Source of the DNA: Dehalococcoidia bacterium
GTDB lineage: Bacteria; Chloroflexota; Dehalococcoidia; Lucifugimonadales; UBA2962
Assembly: GCA_034421295.1 (NCBI GenBank)
Contig: DAOUKM010000019.1
Location: forward strand, 257,611 to 321,610
Reading direction: 5' to 3'
Length of the DNA stretch: 64,000 nucleotides
Part shown: positions 54,303 to 62,803 of the stretch, piece after piece
How the letters are laid out: every line of letters starts with the position of its first letter
Numbering within the stretch: position 1 is the first letter of the stretch
The notes under the pieces: generated by a model
The model's input: only the letters and a program-made list of their open reading frames with translations
What the model was told of the DNA's origin: nothing
Database searches by the model: none
Program-made: the position numbers and the translations under genes

Positions 54303-54430
54303 GGGCGCGGTTTCCGGCCCTATATGGGCCTGCAACGGCGGTAAGGGGTGTTAGCCAACTCTTCCGATGTGTTTCGGGAGGGCACCTTTGGCCGCCGAAT
54401 TTGTGCGAACCACGCCAAGGAGGCGGACCA

Positions 54431-55303
54431 TTGAAGTGGATTGACTACCACAGGCCTACGTCCGTCGATGAGGCGGTCGGGTTGCTTGGCCGATACAAGG
54501 ACAAGGCTCGCATCCTGGCCGGTGGCACCGACCTGCTCGTCCAGCTGAGGGGCGGCCGGTACCAGCTCGACGCGATCATCGACGGCAAGCACATCGCAGA
54601 GCTGAACGAGCTCACCTACGACCCGGCCGGCGGATTGACGGTTGGAGCGTCGGTGCCCTGCTACAGGCTCTACCAGGATGAAGCGGTTGCGTCCGCTTAC
54701 CCTGGCCTAATGGATTCGGCCACGTTGATAGGCGGAATCCAGATCCAGGGCCGGGCCACCTTCGGCGGCAACCTGATGAACGCCGCGCCGAGTGCGGACG
54801 CCATACCGGCCCTGATCGCCCACCGGGCAACCGCCAAGGTCGCCGGGTCTGGCGGGACCAGGGAAATCGCGGTTGAGGAGGTGTGCACCGGTCCTGGTAC
54901 GACTCAGCTGGCAGCTGACGAGATGCTGGTGTCGTTGCATGTCCCGTCGCCTCCGAGTGGCTTTGGAGCGAGGTACATAAGGTTCATACCGCGCAATGAG
55001 ATGGACATCGCCGTTGCCGGCGCCGGCGTGTCGGTCGTGCTGGCCAATGGAACGGTGGAGTCCGCCCGCGTCGCCCTCGCATCCGTGGCGCCTACGCCCC
55101 TGGTCGTCGACGGTGCGGAGTCGGCCCTGGTCGGCAAGGAGCCCAGCGACGAGAACATCCAGGCAGCCGCAGATGCCGCCAAGGCAGCCGCAAGGCCTAT
55201 AACCGACATGCGCGGCACCATCGAGTACCGAAAACACCTCTGCGAGGTACTTACCCGCAGAGCACTTCACACTGCTGTTGAGCGGGCGCGGGAGGGCAAG
55301 TAG
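54431..55303 (+). CDS. Xanthine-dehydrogenase-family FAD-binding (medium, CoxM/CutM-like) subunit
   Basis: Track ORF 54401..55303; TTG 54431 follows AAGGAGG. ILAGGTDLLVQL FAD-binding motif, C-terminal CO_deh_flav_C pattern (DMRGTIEYRKHL). Confidence 0.85.
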   Translation: MKWIDYHRPTSVDEAVGLLGRYKDKARILAGGTDLLVQLRGGRYQLDAIIDGKHIAELNELTYDPAGGLTVGASVPCYRLYQDEAVASAYPGLMDSATLIGGIQIQGRATFGGNLMNAAPSADAIPALIAHRATAKVAGSGGTREIAVEEVCTGPGTTQLAADEMLVSLHVPSPPSGFGARYIRFIPRNEMDIAVAGAGVSVVLANGTVESARVALASVAPTPLVVDGAESALVGKEPSDENIQAAADAAKAAARPITDMRGTIEYRKHLCEVLTRRALHTAVERAREGK

Positions 55304-55792
55304 ATGTCGGGCAAGAAGGTTCACGTTACGACCACGATAAACGGCGAGACCGTAGAGTTTCTCTGCGAGCCACGCCAAAGCCTTCTGGAGGTCCTGCGGG
55401 ACGTGGTCCTGCTGACCGGAGCAAAGGAAGGCTGCAACGATGGCAACTGCGGCGCCTGCACGGTCAACATGGACGGCCGGATCGTCGACAGCTGTCTGGT
55501 TCTTGGAGTAGAGGCCGAAGGCGCAGCCATAGGCACGGTTGAGGGGATAGCCTCCCCGCAGGGCCTTCACCCGATCCAGCAGGCGTTCCTTGAGCACGCC
55601 GCCCTGCAATGCGGCATATGTACGCCGGGTTTCCTGGTTGCCTCAAAGGCGCTGCTGGAAAAGGAACCGGATCCATCGGAGGAACGGATACGCATGTGGC
55701 TGGCGGGCAATCTGTGCCGGTGCACCGGCTACGACAAGATCGTTCGTGCCGTGATGGACGCCGCTGGCCGTATGGCTGGCGCGGCAGCTTAG
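55304..55792 (+). CDS. Xanthine-dehydrogenase-family [2Fe-2S] (small, CoxS/CutS-like) subunit
   Basis: 162 aa; CNDGNCGACTV and CGICTPG...CRCTGY cluster motifs; ATG abuts the upstream stop. Confidence 0.9.
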   Translation: MSGKKVHVTTTINGETVEFLCEPRQSLLEVLRDVVLLTGAKEGCNDGNCGACTVNMDGRIVDSCLVLGVEAEGAAIGTVEGIASPQGLHPIQQAFLEHAALQCGICTPGFLVASKALLEKEPDPSEERIRMWLAGNLCRCTGYDKIVRAVMDAAGRMAGAAA

Positions 55793-55804
55793 GAGGCTTT
55801 CGGG

Positions 55805-58108
55805 ATGACCACCACTTACGAACCCAACCAGGTTCTGGCGAACGAGACCTTCAAGGTTGTCGGCACCAGGCCGATCCGCCACGACGGTGCCGACAAGGTA
55901 ACCGGCAGGGCCCAGTACGGCGCGGATTTCAATGCAGCCGGCCTGCTGCATGGAAAGACCCTGCGGAGCCCGCACGCCCACGCCCGGATCAAGTCTATCG
56001 ACACCTCCAAGGCCGAGGCGCTCGCGGGCGTAAGGGCCGTAGTGACCTCAAAGGACTTTCCGCCGGCCAAGGAGACCGCCAACTACGGGCTAGGCGACCA
56101 GCCCATGGACAGGTTCCGGGGCAACATACTAGCCGGGGATAAGGTACTTTACACAGGGCATGCTATAGCCGCCGTGGCGGCCACCAGCCCGCACATCGCC
56201 GAGGAGGCGGTCGACCTCATCGAGGTCGATTACGAGGTGCTGCCCGCCGTGCTGACGGCGCCCGACGCCATGGCTGACGGCGCGCCCATCCTGATATCCG
56301 ACCTGACCACGCAGGAATTCGGAAAGGATACCGGGGTCAACTCTAATGTCGCGGACCATTTCCAGCACAAGATGGGCGACATAGACAGCGGCTTTGGCAA
56401 GGCGGACGTGGTCGTGGAGCGCACGTTCGATACCAAGACCGTCCATCAGGGATACATAGAGCCCCACAACGTGACGGCGCTGTGGAATGACGATGACCGG
56501 ATCCACGTCTGGAGCAGCACTCAGGGGGCCTTCGTGGTCCGGGCGGCGGTGGCGGAGGCGTTGGCGGTCCCCGTATCCCAGGTCAAGGCAACGCCGATGG
56601 AGATCGGCGGTGGATTCGGGGGCAAGATCAACGTCTACGGCGAGCCGGTAGCGGCCATGCTCTCCAAGAAAGCCGGCCACAAGCCGGTCAAGATCGTAAT
56701 GTCCAGGGCCGAAGTGTTCGAGGGGACGGGTCCTACTTGTGGCTCCCATTTGACGATAAAGATGGGGGCGACCAAGGAGGGCAAGATCGTCGCCGCCCAG
56801 GCCGATCTGCAGTTCGAGGCCGGCGCCTATCCGGGCTCGCCTGTGGGTGCGGCGGGGATGTGCGTATTCACCGCTTACGACATCGAGAACGTGGTGATCG
56901 ACGGTTACGACGTCGTGGTCAACAAGCCCAAGACTGCCGCATATCGCGCGCCGGGCGCGCCCAACGCAGCATTCGGCGCCGAGCAGGTGCTGGATGAACT
57001 GGCGATGAAGCTGGGCATCGACCCGATGGAGCTACGGCTGATGAACGCCGCGAAGGAGGGGACCCGCCGCGCAGACGGTCCCGTTCATCCCCGCATCGGA
57101 TGCGTCGAGGTGCTCGAGGCGATGCGCGACCATGACCACTATAACGCTCCCGTTGCACCGGCCGTCAGAGGGGGCAAGACGGGACGAGGTGTGGCGATCG
57201 GATTCTGGTTCAACATCGGCTTCGCCTCCTCCTGCAACATCTCGGTGAACAACGACGGTACCGTTAACCTCGTCGAAGGCTCGACCGACATCGGCGGCAG
57301 CAGGGCGGCGATAGCCATGCAGGCCGCCGAGGTCCTCGGGATAGCCGCCGAGGACGTTAACCCACAGGTAGTGGACACCGACTCGGTCGGTTACACGGCC
57401 GTTACGGGTGGCAGTCGGACCGCCTTCGCCACCGGCTGGGCTGCCTACGAGGCGGCCAATGATGTCAAGCAGCAGATGGTTGAGAGGGCGGCGAAGTTGT
57501 GGGGGGTCGAGGCCGATTCCGTCGAGATGATGGACGGGGTTATCCGGTCCAAGACGGACACCGAACTCACCATGACATTTAAGGAGTTGGCCGGACAGAT
57601 AAACGATACCGGTGGTCCGATCGTGGGCCGCGCCGCCGTGGACCCCGCGGGTGCCGGAGGCTCTTACTGCGGTCAGATCGTCGATGTCGAGGTCGATCCG
57701 GAGACCGGAAAGGTGGATATCCTCAGGTTCACCACCGTGCAGGATGCCGGTAAGGCGATCCACCCGAGCTACGTCGAGGGCCAGATGCAGGGCGGAAGCG
57801 TCCAGGGCATAGGCTGGGCGCTGAACGAAGAGTATTACTACTCCGAGGACGGCCGCATGAACAACTCGAGCTTCCTGGACTATCGGATGCCCACGAGCCT
57901 CGACCTGCCGATGATCGACACCGTGATAGTGGAGGTAGCCAACCCTGGACACCCATATGGTGCTAGGGGCGTCGGCGAGGCCAATATCGTCTCGCCCCAG
58001 GCGGCTGTTGCGAACGCGATTCACAATGCGTCCGGGCTTCGCATGACGGCGCTGCCCATCAACCCGGCCGCGGTTATGGAGGCCACCTGGTCGAGGGACG
58101 GAGAGTAG
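55805..58108 (+). CDS. Xanthine-dehydrogenase-family molybdopterin-binding large subunit, paralog L
   Basis: 767 aa; GRAQYGAD, LRSPHAHARI, QGYIEP, loop KTAAYRAPGAPN, catalytic-Glu block YGARGVGE; RBS AGGAGG. Confidence 0.9.
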   Translation: MTTTYEPNQVLANETFKVVGTRPIRHDGADKVTGRAQYGADFNAAGLLHGKTLRSPHAHARIKSIDTSKAEALAGVRAVVTSKDFPPAKETANYGLGDQPMDRFRGNILAGDKVLYTGHAIAAVAATSPHIAEEAVDLIEVDYEVLPAVLTAPDAMADGAPILISDLTTQEFGKDTGVNSNVADHFQHKMGDIDSGFGKADVVVERTFDTKTVHQGYIEPHNVTALWNDDDRIHVWSSTQGAFVVRAAVAEALAVPVSQVKATPMEIGGGFGGKINVYGEPVAAMLSKKAGHKPVKIVMSRAEVFEGTGPTCGSHLTIKMGATKEGKIVAAQADLQFEAGAYPGSPVGAAGMCVFTAYDIENVVIDGYDVVVNKPKTAAYRAPGAPNAAFGAEQVLDELAMKLGIDPMELRLMNAAKEGTRRADGPVHPRIGCVEVLEAMRDHDHYNAPVAPAVRGGKTGRGVAIGFWFNIGFASSCNISVNNDGTVNLVEGSTDIGGSRAAIAMQAAEVLGIAAEDVNPQVVDTDSVGYTAVTGGSRTAFATGWAAYEAANDVKQQMVERAAKLWGVEADSVEMMDGVIRSKTDTELTMTFKELAGQINDTGGPIVGRAAVDPAGAGGSYCGQIVDVEVDPETGKVDILRFTTVQDAGKAIHPSYVEGQMQGGSVQGIGWALNEEYYYSEDGRMNNSSFLDYRMPTSLDLPMIDTVIVEVANPGHPYGARGVGEANIVSPQAAVANAIHNASGLRMTALPINPAAVMEATWSRDGE

Positions 58109-58146
58109 CTGGCGGCCCACCTGAGGGCCGAACTGGTCGGGAATAA

Positions 58147-58446
58147 ATGGCGACCGTCTTCATACCGTCACTGATGCAGGATCTTACCGGCGGTGAGCAG
58201 ACCGTCGATATGCCCGGTAAGACGGTGCGCGAGATCGTTAACGGCCTTGACGGCCGTTATCCCGGCATGAAGGATCGCCTGATGGACGGGTTTCGCCTCA
58301 AGGGGAACATCACCGTCGCAGTCGATGGAGAGGTCAGCCCCGTAGGCGTGCTGGCCGAGGTCGGCGAGAGCAGCGAGGTGCACTTCTTGCCGGCCATAGC
58401 CGGAGGCTCGGGCGCGTGTACAGGGTTACCGGCAGACAAGTTCTAA
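58147..58446 (+). CDS. MoaD/ThiS/CysO-type ubiquitin-fold sulfur-carrier protein with 13-aa extension after the di-glycine
   Basis: 99 aa; L.DLTGGE..V...G.TV.E....L...YPG.KDRL......L...I.V.V.G and EVHFLPAIAGG match the CysO/MoaD pattern; then SGACTGLPADKF before the stop. Confidence 0.75.
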   Translation: MATVFIPSLMQDLTGGEQTVDMPGKTVREIVNGLDGRYPGMKDRLMDGFRLKGNITVAVDGEVSPVGVLAEVGESSEVHFLPAIAGGSGACTGLPADKF

Positions 58447-58473
58447 GAGCCTTTAAGGAGAGTTTGGGACACG

Positions 58474-60780
58474 ATGACGACCACTTATGAGCCGAACGTC
58501 GTACTGTCAACGAGCGACTACAATGTGGTAGGCAGCAGGCCAATACGCCATGACGGTGCCGACAAGGTCACCGGTCGGGCGCAGTACGGGGCCGATTACA
58601 ATGCCACCGGTCTGCTATATGGCAAGGTGCTGCGAAGCCCGCACGCCCACGCCCGGATCAAGTCCATAGACACGTCCAGGGCGGAGGCCCTTACAGGAGT
58701 CGCCGCCGTTGTGACCGGGGCCGATATGCCTTCGACCAGGGAGTCCGATCCGGCGGATTTCGGCCTCGGCCCGCAACCCATGAAGTACCTGCGCGACAAC
58801 GCCATCGCGAGGGAAAAGGTTCTGTACGAGGGGCAAGCGGTCGCGGCTGTGGCGGCGGCTAATGCCCACGTTGCCGAGGAGGCGGTCGAGCTCATAGAGG
58901 TAGAGTATGAGGTCCTGCCGCCCGTGCTGACCGCTCCGGAGGCGATGGCCGAGGACGCGCCGCTCCTGCACGACGACCTGTTCACCACTGAATTCGGTAA
59001 GAATACCGGCAAGAACTCCAACGTCGCCGATCACTTCCAGCACAAGATGGGGGACACGGAGAAGGGATTCGCCGAGGCCGACCTCGTTGTTGAGCGGGAG
59101 TTCGACACCGCCACCGTACACCAGGGCTACATCGAGCCGATGAACGTGACCGCGCTGTGGAACGACGATGATCGGATCCACGTGTGGATGAGCACGCAGG
59201 GACCGTTCCAGTTCAGGGACGCCATAGCACTGGCCCTAGAGGTCCCTCAGTCCCAGGTCCGCGTTACCCCCATGGAGATTGGCGGCGGGTTCGGCGGCAA
59301 GTTTCCTCTCTACCATGAGATAGCCGCCATCCTTCTGTCCAAGAAGACCGGTCATCCCGTCAAGATCACGATGACTCGAAAAGAGGTCTTTGAGGGCACG
59401 GGTCCGACGCCGGGCTCCCGCGTATGGGTAAAGATGGGCGCTACCAAAGAGGGCAAGATCACGGCCGCCGAGTCATCCCTCAAGTTCGAGGCCGGGGCTT
59501 TCCCCGGTTCCCCTGTCGGCGCTGCGGCCATGTGCGTGTTTGCCTGCTACGACATCCCCAACGTTACGGTCGACGGTTACGACGTGGTTGTTAACAAGCC
59601 GAAGACTGCCGCGTATCGAGCTCCCGGTGCGACCCATGCGGCCATGGGCGTCGAGACTGTGGTCGACGAACTGTGTAAAGGCCTCGGACTCGACCCGCTG
59701 GAGTTTCGGTTCGCTAACTGTGCCAAGGAGGGCACTCGCAGGGCCGACGGACCGGTCAATCCCAAGATCGGCGGTATAGAGACCCTGGAGGCTGTGAAGA
59801 ACCATCCGCACTGGAGCGCCCCTCTGAGCCCTGCCAAGAAGGGAGGCAAGGTGGGAAGAGGTTTTGCCTTTGGGTACTGGTTCAATGCCGGCCTTCACTC
59901 GGCCGCCACGATAAGCGTCAACGCGGACGGCACGATCAACCTGCTTGAGGGTAACCCCGATATCGGCGGCAGCCGGGCCGCCATCGCCATGCAGGCGGCC
60001 GAGGTGCTGGGTTTGAGTGCCGAGCAGGTCCACCCGCAGGTGGTCGACACCGACACGATAGGTTTCTCCTTTGGGACGGGCGGCTCCCGTACCACGTTCG
60101 CCACCGGATGGGCTGCTTACGAGGCCGCGAACGACGTAAAGAGGCAGATGGTCGACAGGGCGGCCACCATCTGGGGGGTGGATGCCGACTCGGTGGAGAT
60201 GGAGGAAGGGATCGTACGCTCAAAGACCGATACGGAACTGAGCATGTCCTTTGGTGACCTGGCGGCCCAGTTGAACGAGACGGGCGGCCCCATCGTCGGG
60301 CGAGGCTCGGTCAATCCGCCGGGCGTAGGCGGGGCCTTCGCGGCCAACCTGGTCGATGTCGAGGTAGACCCGGAAACCGGTAAGGTGGACGTACTCCGAT
60401 TCACGATTGCACAGGATGCCGGCAAGGCCATCCACCCGAGCTACGTCGAGGGCCAGATGCAGGGCGGAAGCGTGCAGGGCATCGGCTGGGGGCTGAACGA
60501 GGAGTATCACTACTCCGAGGGAGGCCACATGAACAACTCGAGCTTTCTGGACTACCGGATGCCCACCAGCCTCGATTTGCCCATGATCGATACGGTGATA
60601 GTTGAGGTTGCAAACCCCGGCCATCCGTACGGGGTCCGGGGCGTGGGAGAGGTCAACATCGTACCCCCGCCACCAGCGCTGGCAAACGCGATTTACGACG
60701 CCATTGGAATCCGGATGGAAGTCCTTCCCATGAACCCGAACGCGGTCATGGAGGCGATCTGGCAGGGGAACGGCTCTTAA
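58474..60780 (+). CDS. Xanthine-dehydrogenase-family molybdopterin-binding large subunit, paralog L'
   Basis: 768 aa; same blocks as L (loop KTAAYRAPGATH, YGVRGVGE); RBS AAGGAG; roughly three-quarters identical to L by eye. Confidence 0.9.
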   Translation: MTTTYEPNVVLSTSDYNVVGSRPIRHDGADKVTGRAQYGADYNATGLLYGKVLRSPHAHARIKSIDTSRAEALTGVAAVVTGADMPSTRESDPADFGLGPQPMKYLRDNAIAREKVLYEGQAVAAVAAANAHVAEEAVELIEVEYEVLPPVLTAPEAMAEDAPLLHDDLFTTEFGKNTGKNSNVADHFQHKMGDTEKGFAEADLVVEREFDTATVHQGYIEPMNVTALWNDDDRIHVWMSTQGPFQFRDAIALALEVPQSQVRVTPMEIGGGFGGKFPLYHEIAAILLSKKTGHPVKITMTRKEVFEGTGPTPGSRVWVKMGATKEGKITAAESSLKFEAGAFPGSPVGAAAMCVFACYDIPNVTVDGYDVVVNKPKTAAYRAPGATHAAMGVETVVDELCKGLGLDPLEFRFANCAKEGTRRADGPVNPKIGGIETLEAVKNHPHWSAPLSPAKKGGKVGRGFAFGYWFNAGLHSAATISVNADGTINLLEGNPDIGGSRAAIAMQAAEVLGLSAEQVHPQVVDTDTIGFSFGTGGSRTTFATGWAAYEAANDVKRQMVDRAATIWGVDADSVEMEEGIVRSKTDTELSMSFGDLAAQLNETGGPIVGRGSVNPPGVGGAFAANLVDVEVDPETGKVDVLRFTIAQDAGKAIHPSYVEGQMQGGSVQGIGWGLNEEYHYSEGGHMNNSSFLDYRMPTSLDLPMIDTVIVEVANPGHPYGVRGVGEVNIVPPPPALANAIYDAIGIRMEVLPMNPNAVMEAIWQGNGS

Positions 60781-60806
60781 GGTCCTGCTTAAGACTGGGT
60801 CAAGCG

Positions 60807-60833
60807 GCGGGCCGGGGGCTGACCCCGGCCCGC
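60807..60833 (+). terminator. Strong GC hairpin after the operon (terminator candidate, no U-tract)
   Basis: GCGGGCCGGGG (60807-60817) - GCTGA - CCCCGGCCCGC (60823-60833), perfect 11-bp stem. Confidence 0.45.
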
Positions 60834-60852
60834 GTACTTACTGGAGGTGAGC

Positions 60853-61779
60853 ATGACCAGTAGCGACTGTGGCGGCGTAATCACCCCACTGCTTACCCCA
60901 ATAACCGAAGACGAAAAGGTGCATGAGCATTCGCTCAGGAACCTTGTCGACTACCAGCTCGATAACGGCGTTTCCGGGCTCTGGGCGTCCGGCACGACTG
61001 CCGAGTTTGCCGCCCTCACTGATTTTGAGCGCGTCAGGAGCATCGAGGTGGTTGCCGATCATGCGGCTGGTCGGGTGCCGGTGATCGCCAATATCAGTAT
61101 GTCCAGCACGTCGCTGACGATCGAGATGGGGCGGTCCGTCGCCCGGCAGGTCGCGGCCGTTGCGGCCACTCCGCCCTATTACTATCCGCACTCGCAGCAG
61201 GAACTCAAGGAGCACTACCGGCGCATCCGGCAGGCCTTGGGCGTGCCGCTGTGGGTGTACAACATCCCGCAGATGCATAAGACGGTCGTCGCGCCCTCGA
61301 CCCTGGCCGATCTGGCGGAGGAAGGCGTGGTAGAGGGTGTGAAGGACAGCTCTGGTGATGGTGAATCGCTGGCTCAGTTGCATGCGCTGCGCTCCGGACG
61401 CGGGTTTGAGTTGGTGTCCACTCTCGGGACCACTCAGCGGGCCACGACCGCGGTGGCGCTCGGCGCGCAGGGCATCGTTCCGGGACTGGCGAATGCGGTG
61501 CCGGCCGTCTTCGCCGAGGCGTGGGAGGCGGGCCGCGTGGGCGACGCGGAGATGGCCAGGGCCTGTGACGATCGGATAGTTGCGGCGACGCGGCTGCAGA
61601 TGCTCGCCAGGGATGGTGCGAGCGTCCAGGGCTCGGTCTATGCCGGCCTGAAGGCGGCCCTGATGCACATGGGGGTGATTGAAGCCGACCACGTGACCGC
61701 TCCGTTCAGGAAACTCACAGACGGTGAGCGCCGCGAAATACCTGAAGTTCTTGCTGGGCTTGGCCTGGACGGCAGGTAG
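60853..61779 (+). CDS. Dihydrodipicolinate synthase / N-acetylneuraminate lyase family protein, paralog 2
   Basis: Track ORF 60847..61779 (GTG); ATG 60853 lies 5 nt after GGAGG. GVITPLLTP, ASGTTAEF, WVYNIP, Schiff-base Lys in VEGVKDSSGD. Confidence 0.8.
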   Translation: MTSSDCGGVITPLLTPITEDEKVHEHSLRNLVDYQLDNGVSGLWASGTTAEFAALTDFERVRSIEVVADHAAGRVPVIANISMSSTSLTIEMGRSVARQVAAVAATPPYYYPHSQQELKEHYRRIRQALGVPLWVYNIPQMHKTVVAPSTLADLAEEGVVEGVKDSSGDGESLAQLHALRSGRGFELVSTLGTTQRATTAVALGAQGIVPGLANAVPAVFAEAWEAGRVGDAEMARACDDRIVAATRLQMLARDGASVQGSVYAGLKAALMHMGVIEADHVTAPFRKLTDGERREIPEVLAGLGLDGR

Positions 61780-61919
61780 GAGCGGCTACGGGAGCGGGGA
61801 ACGGCCAGGGGACCGGCACCAAGCACCGGTTCGGACGGCGGGTTATAATCGACGAAATTGTGACCTGGATGATCTGGCCGAACTCGTATTTGAGGTGCTG
61901 GCGGAGGGACTAGGAACCT

Positions 61920-62738
61920 ATGGGCGACGAAGATTACACGTTTGCGGCGTTTTCCAAAAATCCTTTCTACCAGAACCTGACGGACAGGCTCATTGAGCTG
62001 GCGGAGGTCAAGGACGGCGAGCGTATCGTCGATCTCGCATGCGGTACGGGCCTGGTCACAAGGCGGATAATGGCCAATCTCAGGGAGGCCAAGGAGACCG
62101 TGATCATAGGCGTTGATCACTCAGCGGCAGCCCTGAGGCAGGCGGTGGCGGATCTCAAGGATGCCAGGGACTCGGCTGTGGTCTTCGTTCACAGCCAGGT
62201 GGAGCACATCTCCGACGCGGTCAAGGAGAAGGTGGACACTGTTTTCTTCTGCAATGCCATCCACTATGTTCCCGACAAGGGCGAGCTGCTTGACCGGATA
62301 GCCGGCACCATCAAGCCCGGTGGCAAGCTGGTGTTCAACACTTCCTTCTACAGCGGGCCGCTGGACGAGGAGACCCAGCTGTTTTACCGCAAGTGGATGT
62401 TCAAGGCCCGGCGCATATTGCGCAGGGAGCACGGGCTGTCGATTCAAAAGATCGACAAGGTGGAGTCGCGCAAGCAGCTGACCGCCGAGGAGTACAAGGA
62501 ACTCGTAGAGGGGCACGGATTCAGGATAGAAAAGCAGGAGGTGGACCCGGTAAAGGTCCCCCTCCAGGGTTGGCTGGACATATCATCGTTTTCCGACTTC
62601 ATCGAAGGCGCCATGCCTGGCGTGCCCCTTGATAAGGCGAGCATGGCGCTGAAGAAGGCGGCGCGGGAGACGTTCGAGGAGATGAAAATCTCCTACACCA
62701 CCCGCAACTGGCTCGACATAGTCGCCGTTCGCATCTGA
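61920..62738 (+). CDS. Class I SAM-dependent methyltransferase
   Basis: RIVDLACGTG (motif I), FCNAIHYV, LKPGGKLVF. Confidence 0.8.
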   Translation: MGDEDYTFAAFSKNPFYQNLTDRLIELAEVKDGERIVDLACGTGLVTRRIMANLREAKETVIIGVDHSAAALRQAVADLKDARDSAVVFVHSQVEHISDAVKEKVDTVFFCNAIHYVPDKGELLDRIAGTIKPGGKLVFNTSFYSGPLDEETQLFYRKWMFKARRILRREHGLSIQKIDKVESRKQLTAEEYKELVEGHGFRIEKQEVDPVKVPLQGWLDISSFSDFIEGAMPGVPLDKASMALKKAARETFEEMKISYTTRNWLDIVAVRI

Positions 62739-62803
62739 CAGTCCGCGCCCTGACATGGCGCAGCTAGGGCTGTAGGACTCGTTTCGCCGGGGCCCTTCGC
62801 AGG

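Larger units (their letters stand above)
55805..60780 (+). repeat. Two-copy direct repeat (large-subunit paralogs, offset about 2.67 kb) with patches of perfect nucleotide identity
   Basis: For example 57758-57801 is identical to 60430-60473 (44 nt), and the AGCCCGCACGCCCACGCCCGGATCAAGTC block is shared near both 5' ends. Confidence 0.85.

Noticed and set aside
54303-54430. Possible Moco riboswitch in the ~120-nt leader of the molybdoenzyme operon
   Set aside because: The location is attractive, but I could not match the conserved Moco-motif elements from memory. Only a short GGCCC-tatat-GGGCC hairpin and a weak CCGCC/GGCGG pairing with the RBS are visible. Needs Rfam cmscan, so it is not claimed.
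55805-60780. Calling the large subunits carbon-monoxide dehydrogenase (CoxL)
   Set aside because: The active-site loop reads AYRAPGAP / AYRAPGAT. It is neither the form I AYxCSFR nor the form II AYRGAGR signature, and no coxDEFG-type accessory genes are present. Only the generic family call is kept.
53392-61692. Long minus-strand ORFs opposite the Kelch, Cox-like and DapA-like genes (53392..54273, 54707..55609, 57032..58120, 60838..61692)
   Set aside because: Same reasoning: extreme Arg/Pro/Gly bias, no motifs, and complete overlap with strongly supported plus-strand genes.
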